A stretch of DNA of 62,911 nt, counting the filler, from Intoshia linei (Eukaryota > Animalia > Orthonectida), in assembly GCA_001642005.1 (NCBI GenBank). It is 5 parts of 5 records of this genome, joined end to end, with 100 filler letters (N's around TTAATTAATTAA, not from the genome) between each part and the next. Parts side by side here need not be neighbours in the genome. Positions count along the whole stretch, not along the records: positions 1 to 27,700 come from LWCA01000428.1; positions 27,801 to 41,123 come from LWCA01001017.1; 3 more parts are not named here. One strand, 5' to 3'. Shown here piece after piece: positions 27,190 through 39,549 of the stretch (positions are counted from its first letter, which is position 1; every line of letters starts with the position of its first letter). The translations under genes and the position numbers were made by a program. The notes under the pieces were generated by a model. It was not told the DNA's origin. It did not search any database and saw only the letters and a list, made by a program, of their open reading frames with translations.

Positions 27190-27700
27190 TATATTAATTT
27201 TTTTAAGTATCTGAATTTGTATATCAATATCAATAAAGTACTTAAAAACATAAATTTATCTCACCTGTGTCCACATTTAAATATGTTAGATATCAGTTAT
27301 TTAAGGTAGTCATTAGGTAGGAAGAATAAAAATATAGACTATAAAATACCAGATTCGTATAATGAAATAATTTTCACATTAATATAATAATGTTATTAAC
27401 AGCATTGTCCAAACTTTGAAGTGTTCAGGCGCTCATTTTATGTATGATATTATCATATGATTTATCATATAAGTCATCATACAAATTGAGATTTTCGGAA
27501 CTCTAAAATTTTCATTTCAGATAGTGGTATAAGTAGGAACGTGTGAAAAATGACTTTTCCTAACCTTTTAGGATATTTTAGAAAGATTAAAAGAGATAAA
27601 TATAATTAACCCTTTAGTGCTCGATCTTTTTTAAAACGTAAATAGTGCAAAGGACAAAAATGACCCATATTAATGAATGAATAATATATAAAAAACAATA

Positions 27701-27800
27701 NNNNNNNNNNNNNNNNNNNNNNNNNNNNNNNNNNNNNNNNNNNNTTAATTAATTAANNNNNNNNNNNNNNNNNNNNNNNNNNNNNNNNNNNNNNNNNNNN
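27701..27800. other. Assembly gap linker (N44-TTAATTAATTAA-N44)
   Basis: An identical 100-nt linker occurs four times and carries stops in all six frames. Confidence 0.97.
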
Positions 27801-27804
27801 AATG

Positions 27805-28098
27805 TAAGAACCATATTTAATTATAGATAATATTTAATGTTATAATTATTTAGCAATGTGGAGCTTGTTGAATATGAAGCATATACCTACCGATGAAGAT
27901 ATTGTCAGAATCGTTAACAACAATGAATCAGTTGATGATGAAAAACTTTTTGAGGAAGATAATACCGTGGAAGTAATTAATGTAAATGAAGCCTTTGAAG
28001 GATTATCAAAATATATAGACTTTGCAGAGCTGAATAATTCTAGCATGGAAGATGTAGTAATGCTAAGGAGATTTAGAGAAAAATTGTTTAAGAAATAA
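27805..28098 (+). mobile_element. Tigger/pogo transposase C-terminal remnant
   Basis: 'PTDEDIVRIV..DDE..INVNEAFEGLSKYIDF..' is typical of Tigger/CENP-B-like C-termini. Confidence 0.6.
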
Positions 28099-28598
28099 AT
28101 ATTTTATCTCGATTTCAGTTAATAATTGTTTGTTTTACATCAGGCTTCCGCAACTGTTTGCTATCGAACACTCTTATTTAATTTTAATTTACCGTTTTAA
28201 CATAAAAATCATAAAATAAATCATGAGAATTGTAAAAAAATTTGTTATAAAAATAAAAATGTTACTTAAATCAATATTTAAAAAAATTCAAATCTAAATG
28301 TATTTTTCGCTATATAAATATTATATATAATTTTTGCTATTAGTTATTCACGATATTTAGAACACTTTTTGCAATTATTTTTGTCAAAATATCGAGAATA
28401 ACCTGTATATATATTTATTTATTGGAGAATGTGAATACTAAATATAAATACATGTGAATGTATATAATGAATTATAATAGTTATTCAAATAAGTGGGGTA
28501 GAGAGAAGCTATTTTTATATTTTTTTAATATCGCTCAATAACATAAAATTTATAAAATGTTAATTCTAGTTACCTGAAATTTAAAAAATTATTTACAC

Positions 28599-28919
28599 TT
28601 AATATTTTTTATTTATAAATTTATCAGATTTTTGAAAATATTGGAATATTTTGGTTTGATTTTTTTTATTTGAGATAATCCTGTAACATTTTGTTTCAAG
28701 GGTATAAATATCAATTAGAGCCGATAGAGAGATCCTTGAGGTCATGACTTTTATTTTTTCAATTAAACTTAGATATTCTGATAACTCGGGATATGTTATA
28801 TCTTCACATACTATATTATCTAACTTGGGCTCTTCCTTGATTTCTTCTACTGTTAATTCTTCTAATTCTATACAATCATAATTATTCTGCTCTCCAATTT
28901 TTAATTCAGATAATTCCAA
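28599..28919 (-). mobile_element. Tigger/pogo transposase C-terminal remnant
   Basis: An acidic segment 'EELTVEEI' and the terminal 'KKNQTKIFQYF' motif. Confidence 0.55.
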
Positions 28920-29379
28920 AACGTTATAAAATAAGAAAACTAACTGTGTGTATTATTAAAATTGAAACTCTATAACATAATCAAAAACCACTAACGATAT
29001 ATATTCGCTGTGCGTTTAACATTTTAAATAAACCATTACAAATCTTATAGTAAAATTAAAATATAACTTTATTTTTTAAAAACAGTGTTATAGTGAATTG
29101 TCATGATTTACAGAGTATTATGTTAATCACCGTTTATAACTAAACATGTTAGTTTTTAAATTTTCATTCTAGCTGTCTTAGTTTGATTTTTATCAACGAT
29201 GCAATCTCTTAAATTTAGAGTATAAATGTAAAGTGAAAAAAAATGTATTTGTATTGAAGTGACTTAAGTTTGACTCAGGACGATCATCTCTAATACGATA
29301 TGGATAAGTATGGCTTCGTAGCCATAAGAATTATCAAGAAATTTAGTAGAATATATAAGCATAGAGTAACAACAGTGTT

Positions 29380-29896
29380 TATACAAATTTCGACGTCGTT
29401 AAGCCTGAAAGTAGACATATGCGAGACATTTTGTCATATAAAATCCAGTAGCCATAATTATAAAAATATGCTAAAGCTATAAAAAACGATCGAAAAAACG
29501 AAAAAATCCATCAATCGACACTAGAGATTATATGCTCGTTTGACAATTTCATGTTTAACAAGAACACACTTGCATCCTTTTTCATTAAAATACAACCTCA
29601 CGTCATTCAAAAAACATGAGACATTCACTTTAATAAATTCTAAACTTGTTTCATTCAATCAAAATATCAACACAATATACACAAATTTGAATTGCATATT
29701 AACAGAAATTGCGTTCAAGTTCATGGAAAAGATAAACGTTTTATTACGTGATGATGAAATCCCCGAATTATTGGATGAAACAAAAAATAAAAGTAAAACC
29801 TTTTTTGGTTTTTCTAAAAAGCCCCATTTTTCTCACAATATTATCAACGTTATACATCTAATAGAACTACTATCCAAAATATGCACTGGTTTTTAG
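29380..29896 (+). pseudogene. Tentative endogenous viral element: alpha/virga-like RdRp (RdRP_2) fingers to motif A fragment
   Basis: With one frameshift near 29612 it reads 'NTLASFFIKIQPHVIQK/HETFTLINSKLVSFNQNINTIYTNLNCILTEIAFKFMEKINVLLRDDEIPELLD..FFGFSK..'. This parallels the virga/nege 'F.IKxQPK..QTIVxH.K.INAIF..D...E.D.SK.D.SQ' order, but key residues have decayed. Confidence 0.35.
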
Positions 29897-30424
29897 AGAA
29901 TGAAAGCAGCTTTTACTTGAATGCCATTTCGTTGACGAGGCTTATTGAATATGCGTCGCATAGCAGTTTTAAATAAAAAATAGAAAGTCAATTATATCAA
30001 TTCTCTGCAGTTTATCTGAGAAAAAAATTTTATGTGCCACTTTACAAAGTAATGAAAGAGTTAGCTATGATAGATTTTGAGATGAATTAAAGGTAATATT
30101 TATTTGTTTTTCAAATAAATGTTTATATTATTTTTATAGAAGGAATTGAATACCTTTGACAACAAATGATTTTTCAATCAATGAAGCCAGTATAATTAAA
30201 CTGGCTGTAGATACTGAATGTCTTATTCTATGTGAAAAAATTTTGTAACATTTGTAATGCATATACTTTTGAGTGAATTATTGAACCATTCTACAGTTTT
30301 ACTAATCAAAGTTTTTTGAACTTGAAAAAAATTCACAAAGAACCAGATGGTATGAACAGGGGCGTCAACAAAAAGAAAAGGCGAATTTACGTTAAACGGA
30401 TAATGCATTACATTTTTCCACGCA

Positions 30425-30750
30425 ATGATTATTAAGGTAACTTTATTGGACGGTATCGTCAGAATTCTAGTCGATACTGGGTCACAAAAAAGTTTTTGCA
30501 GTATCAAATTTTGCAATCAATTACAGGCTAAACTAGTCACTAAACGATCTTTCGGTGGTGAATTTGGTGGTCCCATGTATTCTGACTCATGTTTGATTTT
30601 ATCCTTAAATTATAGCAATGTCTCATTGGAATTGAAATTTTATGTTTTGCCTCAATGGCGTTATGATTTTGATATCATTTGTGGCATGGAGTTTTTATTT
30701 AATTATAGAGCAGTATTAAATGTTGCAGAAAATTGTCTATTTTCAATCTT
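30425..30750 (+). mobile_element. Retroelement (Ty3/Gypsy-type) aspartic protease fragment
   Basis: 'RILVDTGSQKSF..FYVLPQWRYDFDIICGMEFL'. Confidence 0.85.
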
Positions 30751-30759
30751 ACTTACAGT

Positions 30760-31700
30760 CAAACGAGCAGTCCGTAATACTATATAATAGTAATGGGCTA
30801 CAAAACGAGGCTGATTGTATTTCTGCAATCTGTAACGTCCTACCAAAATTTAAACGCAGGTTGCAGTGATTGGAAGATAGGGCTAGTAATATGTCAACCT
30901 TAGCATTGAATAATCTAACAACGCCTATTTGTGATCTAATTGCTATGATTAACGATAACAACGACAACATGGGGGCCATTGATACGACAGCTATATTACA
31001 AGAATGTACAAGAGCAACACATAAGGTGTGGGTGCTAGAACACGTCGCGTATGATCTAAATGTCGATACTTTCTTACACTCAATGGACGTCAATGACGTA
31101 GTAGTTGCATATCTGACTTACAATTATATGCCGGATATACTTCTTGCATCAAAAGCCTTCGCTGAAGGCACTAACATGTCAGCAAAAATAATTGCTGAGA
31201 AAAACTGTATTGAATTTAACTTCTCGGACGGATTGGAGAAAGGATATGTATCCAAATTTGACGACTATAAGAGCTGGTTGACATTCTTACCAGTTATGAC
31301 AACAAAGTTATATCAATATAATATTGAAATAAAACGGATGTGTGGTTCAGAGATCATGTTAGAAATAACAAAGGTGATGCTCCACACGCCGATCAGCAAT
31401 CCAACAATAACACGACCACTTTATGCACGCGACGAGTACATAATCCTTACGATCAAAATAGATTTGCAGGGTAACAATATGCAGTCTGTAGTAATTAGAT
31501 GCGGCTTAACAGAATACAGAAGGTATTATAGTGCTGTCGAAGCACATTACCTGGCTAACAAAAGCGATGACGATAACAAACTAGTATCCACTGCTATGCG
31601 TTTAGAAAGAACAGCGAACACGAGATTTTTGATCGCGAGACAGAGTTTTTCATTGTCTACGTGAGTTCAATCGCATAACACAATTCGTCAAGAAGTTGAC
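30760..31700 (+). pseudogene. Endogenous viral element: alpha-like (Martellivirales; virga/nege/endorna-like) replicase methyltransferase region
   Basis: Intronless 264-aa ORF 30870-31664, visibly GC-richer than its flanks. 'LQEC....VWVLEHVAYDLNVDTFLHSMD...VVAYLTYNYMPDILL..IEFNFSDGLEKGYVSKFDDYKSWL..YNIEI...IMLEITK' matches the Vmethyltransf pattern 'QxC..A..HS.YD......M.......F.P.LL..I.F.F.D....Y.H....' in order. The frame continues upstream of an in-frame TGA at 30867. Confidence 0.75.
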
Positions 31701-31949
31701 ACATTCTGTTGATGGAAGATAGATTAAATTGTTACAGGTTAATGGTAACTATATTAAACATTAGGAATAAATTTCAATGTTATATTCCTTTTCATTTATC
31801 AATATTTGTTAGATTTGCCTAACAAATTGACATACTAATTTAAGAAAATAAAGGATATGTGAATAAAAAGTTTTTTTAATGAATAATATTAACATCAATC
31901 AAGCAGTATGTGATCAATTAGTATTTGGTTGTGGCATTTATATGATTAC

Positions 31950-33783
31950 AACAAAATGATTATCTGTTGAAAGCGACCTAACGCTAAAATTATGCCGTAA
32001 AGTATGTTACCAATATGAAATAGTGACCGATGCAAAATGTCATCTTGTAGAAAAATAACCGGTAGTTTGTAATATTCAACAAAAAGTATGACCTGGTTTG
32101 TTATCATTGTGGAAAATCTTATGATAACACACATTATAAAATATGCAAAGCAACAAATGCGTAGTGCATGAATTGTGGTAAAAAAGGTCACTTTAAAAAT
32201 TTTTGCAAAAATCCTATTAGTAAAAATCTCAAGTATAAAAGGATCAGTGCTATATATGATGAAGGTTCTTCTAAATTTATTACTATTTATGTAAATAAAC
32301 AACCAATTAAATTTTTAATTGATACAGGTAGTTGTGTTTCCATTATTCCCCATACCACTATAAGGGAAGATTTCAATAGGGATCATAATCATATAACTCT
32401 AACATCTTTTAGTGGACACCGGATCAAACCAATGTTCTGTTTCACCGGACTTGTCGAATATAACGAATTACAATGCTCACATGAATTCTAAATAGTACAG
32501 AATATTTCTTTAGCAATTCTTGGATTAGATTTGATATATAAATTAAGGTTAAATTTAAATAAAATTTTGAAATTATGTGCATCCAATGAACAAGAATTAA
32601 ATCAGGTTAACAATATAAATTCTAAAACGTTTCCTACTAGTTTCGTAGAATTACCCAAAATCAATAATTTTAAATTATATATTAAATTAAAAGATAATTT
32701 TATTCCAACAATTCCTCGAGTAAGTCGTACACCTTCCATTCTATATACAGTAGTAAGGTGAAAGATAAATTACATGAGTTAGTCAAAGTGGCATAATATA
32801 ACCAATAGATCGTAGTGATTGGACCAGTTCCATTGTAGTAGCTTCAAAGAAAAATGATGATATAAGAGTATGTGAGAAATTTAAATAAAAACATTGAAAT
32901 TGATACTTATCCCTTACCGTTAATAGAGAACTTCTCTACTATATTATATTATAAATAATAATATATATTACTCTTTATACTCCAAATGCTCTGCAGTTAA
33001 AATGCTTACTAATCCTACCACACCTTTAACTATAAAATTTTTAAAAAAAGTGCTTTCAAGAGAAGGTATCCCTTTCAAAATTATATCAGATAATGGACCA
33101 CAATTTGCATCAACATAATTTAAACAATTTTTACAATCTATGGATATTCAAAATTGTTTTACTGCTAATTATCATCCACAAAGTAACGGGCAAGTGAAAA
33201 ATTTTAATAAAACTTTAAAGCAAAGATTGAAATTGCTGTTCAAGAGGGTATGAGCATTAGTGAAGCAGTTACAAAAATTCTAGGCAATTATCGAATGTCA
33301 CCACATACTATTACTGGGTACCCACCTATAGAACTACTACATGGAACAGCTATTAACATTAATTTAAGTGTAGGTAATGTCCCAATCAATAAAACCAATA
33401 AAATGAAGAAATTCGACGTAATGTGAAAAAAATCATAACAGAATGATAGGCAATGATAAAACCTGGAGAAAGAAAACTCTTAAAATCGGGGATCGGGTAA
33501 GGATTGCGATTGAAAGTGTTTAAAAGGTTATCTGATGTCTGAACCACATAAAGTAATTGAAATTGTAGCAGAAAATACTTACAGATTAGATGATAATCTT
33601 ATATGGAATGAATCAAACTTGACTAGATCAAATCTGTGTACAGATGAAAAACAAGATGATTATCCCTATATGGTACAAGAGCATTTATTAGCTGATGAAC
33701 ATATTGATGCTGAAACAACTGGTCGACCAAAAAGATTGATTCAACTTTCTAGCAAATACAAGGATTTCGTGATATCGAACTAA
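31950..33783 (+). mobile_element. Degenerate, internally deleted Ty3/Gypsy element (gag CCHC, protease, RT start, integrase)
   Basis: CYHCGK..H..C, CMNCGKKGHFKNFC, FLIDTGS, WTSSIVV..DIRVC, 'SREGIPFKIISDNGPQF', 'TANYHPQSNGQV', and the tail 'GRPKRLIQLSSKYKDF'. Confidence 0.92.
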
Positions 33784-34268
33784 ATAAAGTGTTACTAAAA
33801 TAACGTAGAATAACGATAATAGAAATAAACATTTTATACTTAATTGTACACATGGAATATCATAGTTCCTCGCACAAATATTCAAAAAGATGTAAAAATT
33901 CCAAAACATTTAAAAGATTACATAATAAATTAACGAAGGATGTGTAGTAACATGGTTACTCATTAAACTTGTTTTATTTATCAAATTGCTATAATATTAC
34001 AAAAAAAATAACAAATTTAAATAGTTATTGTAGATATTTTGTAAATACATACTTAAACATATATCCCATACACTTTTAATTAACATAGATAAATAGTTTG
34101 AATTTAATAATTGTATTAACCTCAAATAATATTTGTCTTTTATAACTTGACGATAGCAGTGTTTAATTTTATCATTATTCTTCATTTTGAAATTATCTAG
34201 TTGACATGGATAGATTAAATTAAGTTTAAAATAAATATATAAACTATGGAAATTTAAATTTTGTAAAA

Positions 34269-36699
34269 ATGTCACTATATGAAGAAATTGACCAAGATTC
34301 GTGTATATATTGAATTTTTTAATAAAAATTTATAAGCTTTAATTAATATAAATCGTTTCAATTTAGCTTTATGGAAAAAAAGAGCTTCTTTACAAAGAAA
34401 AAGTACATTAAAGAAAAATGTCTCCAAACCTAAAGTTATTTTTTTGTAATTTCCCGTTGTATTTTAAAGTATTCGATCAACTTAATGTGATCTATTTTAA
34501 ATTACAATTGTAATTAAAATGAACTGAGAAAGATATATAAAATTTGGTAGATCAATAATCGGGACTCGATTCGCCAACTGAAATTTTAAATTGTTTATTT
34601 CTAAATGATTACTTTTCTTCTATAAATATATCTAATGTGTTTACACGTGGAAACATTTTACGTACAGTCTATTTGATTGTCTTATTATTATAATTTAGAA
34701 AGTTTGTATGAGTGCTGTGCCGCCCACACTTTCAAATGTAACTGATAGAGAAACCGGAGCTTTTAGATTTAATCAATTTGGACAGGTAGAATATATAATG
34801 TACATTGTACATTTTATATGATTAACTTTTAGATTGAAGCATACGCAAAAGTGTCAAATTACGTTCCACGTGAACCTTCTTTTGTGGTGGGAGTGACTGA
34901 TGAATATGACCCTTTATATCCAAATGAATTTGAACAAATTGTAAAACAATTGGAAATTGCTAACGCTGAGCAATTGCCTTCTCTTGATAACACACCTAAT
35001 TCTTTTCAGTAATTTTTGATTATTGACTAGTAAAAACGATTAATATTAGAACAACACAGTTAAATTCTGGAAAACCTTTATTGACTCAATATGACTCCGA
35101 TTCTGAATCGGATGATGAAAAACCACATTCCAAAGGTTTGCATGTTTAATTGTTTTTATTTTTTTTTAGGTAAAGCTGCAATTCCACCACCCTACTCTTT
35201 AACAGGTAAAGTAATCATTAATACGTCATGTATTGTTCAGTTGTTTCAAAATAATATATAGTAATGTATTGATGTAGTAAATGCATCCACTCCTATGCCT
35301 CACTATTCTACAGATGCCAGAGGTGTCGCTAATAATATTATGAGAAAGTATGGCTATAAGGAAGGAGGTGGATTAGGGAAAAGAGAAACTGGGATAAGCA
35401 AACCTCTAGAAGTTGTAAAAACAAGCTCGCATGCTGGATATATTGTTGAAGAAAAAACTAATTTGCAATGTACTTATTTCATTTTTATTTTATAATTACT
35501 CAATTCTAGGCAAACCCAAATTAACCGAGTTGCTTAAAAACCAAACTAAAATTTTGGTTTTATATGTAAGTATTTCATGGATTTTTTAATTAATATTTTT
35601 TAGAATACAGCAGACTCAAATAATATTGATAATTTAAAAAATGATATTATTTCAGAATGTAGTAAATATGGGAAAATTGATAAATGTATTATTCATTTGG
35701 TAAGTTTACATGTTATTTTTAAAAGGTATTGGTTTATGTCAGACGTATTAGAAGGTGCACTAACGTTTATATTTAATGTATAATTTAACATAAATAACGA
35801 CAACTTCATTATAGAGTAGTATCATCTACAAATTTGAGTAAATCTGTATCTATCGTTCCTAGACCCCTACTCTGAGGGCTCAACGAAATTTTTATAAAAA
35901 ACTTTATTTTCCCAAATTTAAAGTTAATGAATTCTATTTTTAACAACTGTAAATAACAATTATTATAATTATGTATGTCAAATTGATATTGTCAATACGA
36001 GATCATGGAGGGTGGCTATGGATATATGACATTACGCATCGTTTTCTTAATTTTTTTAAGCTTTTATTTTTTATTTATTTTGAGCCATGAGCATGGTAGG
36101 TCGGCCCTACAAAGGTCTCAATTTTTGAAAATATATATGAAAATACATGTAATAAAGTTTATGATTTTATTTAGACTGACGAGGACGAAGTTTGGGTATA
36201 CTTAAAATTCGAACGCAAAGAATCTGCGATTAAAGGTTATTTTTTACATTTTATACTACAATTGACTCATAGTTATTTTAATACTGAATTTTCAAATCGC
36301 CCTAGATTTTATTTTGTTGAATATACTACACCGTTTCTTTTTAATTAAAATTAAAATTTATCATGTATAAATTTTCAAAAATGGGCCCGTATAATTTTTG
36401 ATTTAAAAAAGTGGCCCACGAGATACAATATGTTGCCGACTACTGTATTCTCTCTACATGACCATAAATTTTATGGAAAAGTTTATCATATTAACCAAGC
36501 AATGTATCACAAAATTTTTAATATAATAACGGCTTCATCCTCGTACCTACGGCACGGTGAAATTGAAGTTTTTAATCTTAATTGTCAAAAATATATATTT
36601 TTTTTAGCTTTAATTTCATTGAACGACCGATATTTCAATGAAAGATTGATTGCAACTAGATTTGTAAGTGAAGAACAATTCGATAATATCGATTTGTAA
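34269..36699 (+). CDS. RBM17: Splicing factor 45 (G-patch + UHM), multi-exon
   Basis: It starts MSLYEE.., has the SF45 motif 'DEYDPLYPNEFE' and the G-patch 'VANNIMRKYGYKEGGGLGKRETGISKPL'. The UHM reads 'SECSKYGKIDKCII..VYLKFERKESAIKALISLNDRYFNERLI'. Confidence 0.93.
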
Positions 36700-37242
36700 A
36701 TTAATTGTTTTATTAAATTTTATTTTCTTTATAGTGAGTTTCTGTATTTGAAATATGTATACGGTCAATTTCAACATTTTTTGAAATTGTTGGATCAATA
36801 TTAATTTTAATTTAAAAATTTGAAAATATTGGTCGAAATATATTAAGTTATTTTTTACTGAGAATTTGTGGATATGACCATGCAGATGTAAATTTCTCAG
36901 GTTCAGATTTACAACAATGTTAATGGTTTTTAAACGTCATCATCAGTAATAATTACTGATGAAATTTTGAATATAAAATAGAGAAAAAAATATTTTTTTG
37001 TCATTAATTAGATCCTTTTTAATTATTTTCGCGTGCAGGTAAGATTGTTGTCAATAGAAATGACGATTTGAATAAATAATATAAAGATAATGCCAAGGTT
37101 ACATAGTGTTATCATTCTTATTTATGAAAACTATTTCCTTTGATCAGGCCGATGTTTTTTAAAATTTAGGCTTAACGAATGGTACCATCTGTAGTATCTA
37201 AGACGAATATATTATAACATTGTACTTTATTAATTAAACGAT

Positions 37243-38348
37243 AATGGTAAACTCGGGAATGTCAGATACAACATTGGTGGCAGAAGTGCTTGGTAAACCC
37301 AACATATTGTTATCAAGTGATGGTGAATTATTGATGAACGTGAAAGATTGGATTGATAAATTTGAAAATTTTCACTTTTGCATTATGAGGATATAAAAGA
37401 GAATTGAAAAGTAGTTTTATTGAAAATATGCATCGGTGACGAGGCGGAAAGACGCTTAAAACGATTTAAAAAATATGATGCAATAATATCAGAGATTAGT
37501 CATGGCAGATCAAAAATGTATTGAGAAAAAGATATGAATTTTTATCCGTGAACCAAGAACCAAATGAAAGATGTGTACTTTCGTTACTCGACTAATCAAG
37601 GCTTATAATGAAACTGAATATACAGATGATTCTATAAGGTTAGATGTATTTATTAAAGGATATTATTGTAATACACTAAAATCCAAATTGTTAATTGAAG
37701 AAAAGCTGACCTGGGATCGTGCAAGAAAAATTTGTTTAAATTATGAAACAATTAACAAATTGCAAGTGAATTATATATCTAAAAATAAATTTGTAGAAAA
37801 ACTATGTTTTCGTTGTAAATCTAAATCTCATTTGGCATCATTTACTAAATGTCCTGCTAGAAATATTAAATGTTTTAAATGTAGCAGAATTGGTCATTTT
37901 AGCAAATGTTGCAACCCTGATCTACAGAAAAAGAAATCAATTGGTACATTTAATTTCATAAAATTTATAGATATAAAAATAAAACAATTGTAATTAACAT
38001 TGACGGTAGAGATATTGAAATAATCGTAGATACGAAAAGCGAAGTGAGTTTACTACCAATAAGTTTTTTAAATTCTCAGCCTATTATTAATAGTAATTGT
38101 AAATCGATATCTTTTAGCGGTCATACAATATGCCAACGAGGAGCATGGACTGCAAAATGTAACTACCGAAATCGAACAGTGACACAACGATTTGAAATTG
38201 TAGATGGTTGCAAACCCATCATGGGATTAAAATTAATAAATCATTTAAAAATTGAATTGAATTCCTTATTTTGTAGAAATATCAATAGTATCTCAAAAAT
38301 TTCCACATTTTCAATGCAAATTAAATTAAATCAAAAATTGACAAAAAA
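37243..38348 (+). mobile_element. Degenerate Ty3/Gypsy gag-protease
   Basis: 'VKDWIDKFENF', CFRCKSKSH..C, CFKCSRIGHFSKCC, 'IIVDTKSEVSLL..KPIMGL'. Confidence 0.88.
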
Positions 38349-39062
38349 ATGATTAAAGGAAACAGAAAAATACTGCTTGTGCTAGATAATACATCCGTGC
38401 ATTACGTAGATAACAATTATAATAACATAGAGCTTCATTATTTTCCACCAAATTGAACATCAAAAATCCAACCTATAGACCAAAGAATTATTCATTCTTT
38501 TAAATCTAATTATAGAAAATTTTTTTTAAGAAATCTGAGTATGATGAATGGAAGTGATGAAATATTTTTTATGGACCAAATAAAGAAATTCAAATTGTTA
38601 AATGTTCTTCCACTTATAATTGAATCATGGAAGACTGTATCAGTTGATACAATAATCAATTGTTTTAGTCATGCATATACAAACTGGGAATGTTAAAATG
38701 CGAATATATCGATGAAAAATGCAATTGTAGATAAAAATTTGACTGAAGTCAATGATGACACAGCATTCTATGATATTCTACCTATATGTGATGACAATTG
38801 TTGTCAAGATGACATATTTTTGGAAAATATTTTTATCAACAACGATTCTGATAACATAGAGGAATTGGAAAATGAAACAAATAAAACTGAATTAATTGGT
38901 TTTTCGGATGCTCTTTACCATCTTAAAAAAGTAGAACTCTTTTTTCTTCAATCAAATGGTAAAGATGTTGAACAAGTCAGTACCTTAAGAAAAAATCTAT
39001 TTGAAATAAAAAAGAAGTCAGTTAAAATCACTGATTATTTCATGAAAAATATTAACAATTAA
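38349..39062 (+). mobile_element. Tigger/pogo DDE transposase remnant abutting the Gypsy copy
   Basis: 'RKILLVLDNTSVH..IELHYFPPN*TSKIQPIDQRIIHSFKSNYR..ESWKTVSVDTIINCF..KITDYF'. Confidence 0.93.
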
Positions 39063-39549
39063 AATGTAAATCAATGAATTAACATTATTTGATTTTAGCA
39101 ATAGTTTATATATTATTTAACAGAAAAATTATGTGCGTCATTATAATTACAATGTCAATAACATTCCAGTGATTCTAAAACTTTTTGAGTAACATCCCAT
39201 AAACAAGGTTTTTAATTCTCTCAAAAGTTATATCATTTTATTTTTTTGTATATACACCCATATCTTCCAGTCAGTATATCGTTCTTGAGAGTTTTCATAT
39301 TATGTTCTTTTTTAAACGAAAATCAAAATAAAAATTTTGTTAAAAGTAGGGTTAAAAAAAATTACTAATTCACAAATATGTTGAATCTAAAAATGTGCAT
39401 TGTAAAGTACAAATGTCGAAAAATTTGTAAACTCTGTTAATATTATGGGTCCATATAAATAAATTGATCGTAATATATGGTTATTTTTATATTTCTAATA
39501 TTTTCGTTAAATGAGATTTTGACTGTACCTGAAAAAAATCAATAAACGA

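Noticed and set aside
27745-27756. Palindromic TTAATTAATTAA repeated four times in the window
   Set aside because: It is always centred in N runs and is an artificial six-frame-stop scaffold linker, not biology.
30749-31093. Antisense and overlapping ORFs (also 9697-9888, 18435-18653, 23506-23706, 40063-40275, 41581-41862, 52558-52773, 53151-53522)
   Set aside because: They are shadows of real coding sequence in another frame or strand.
34545-34580. 'gggactcgattcgcca' resembling a tRNA T-arm
   Set aside because: No cloverleaf or D-arm can be built around it.
37268-37285. ACAACA-TTGGTGGCAG as LTR end plus primer binding site
   Set aside because: It lies inside the apparent gag reading frame (MVNSGMSDTTLVAEV..) and no matching second LTR is seen.
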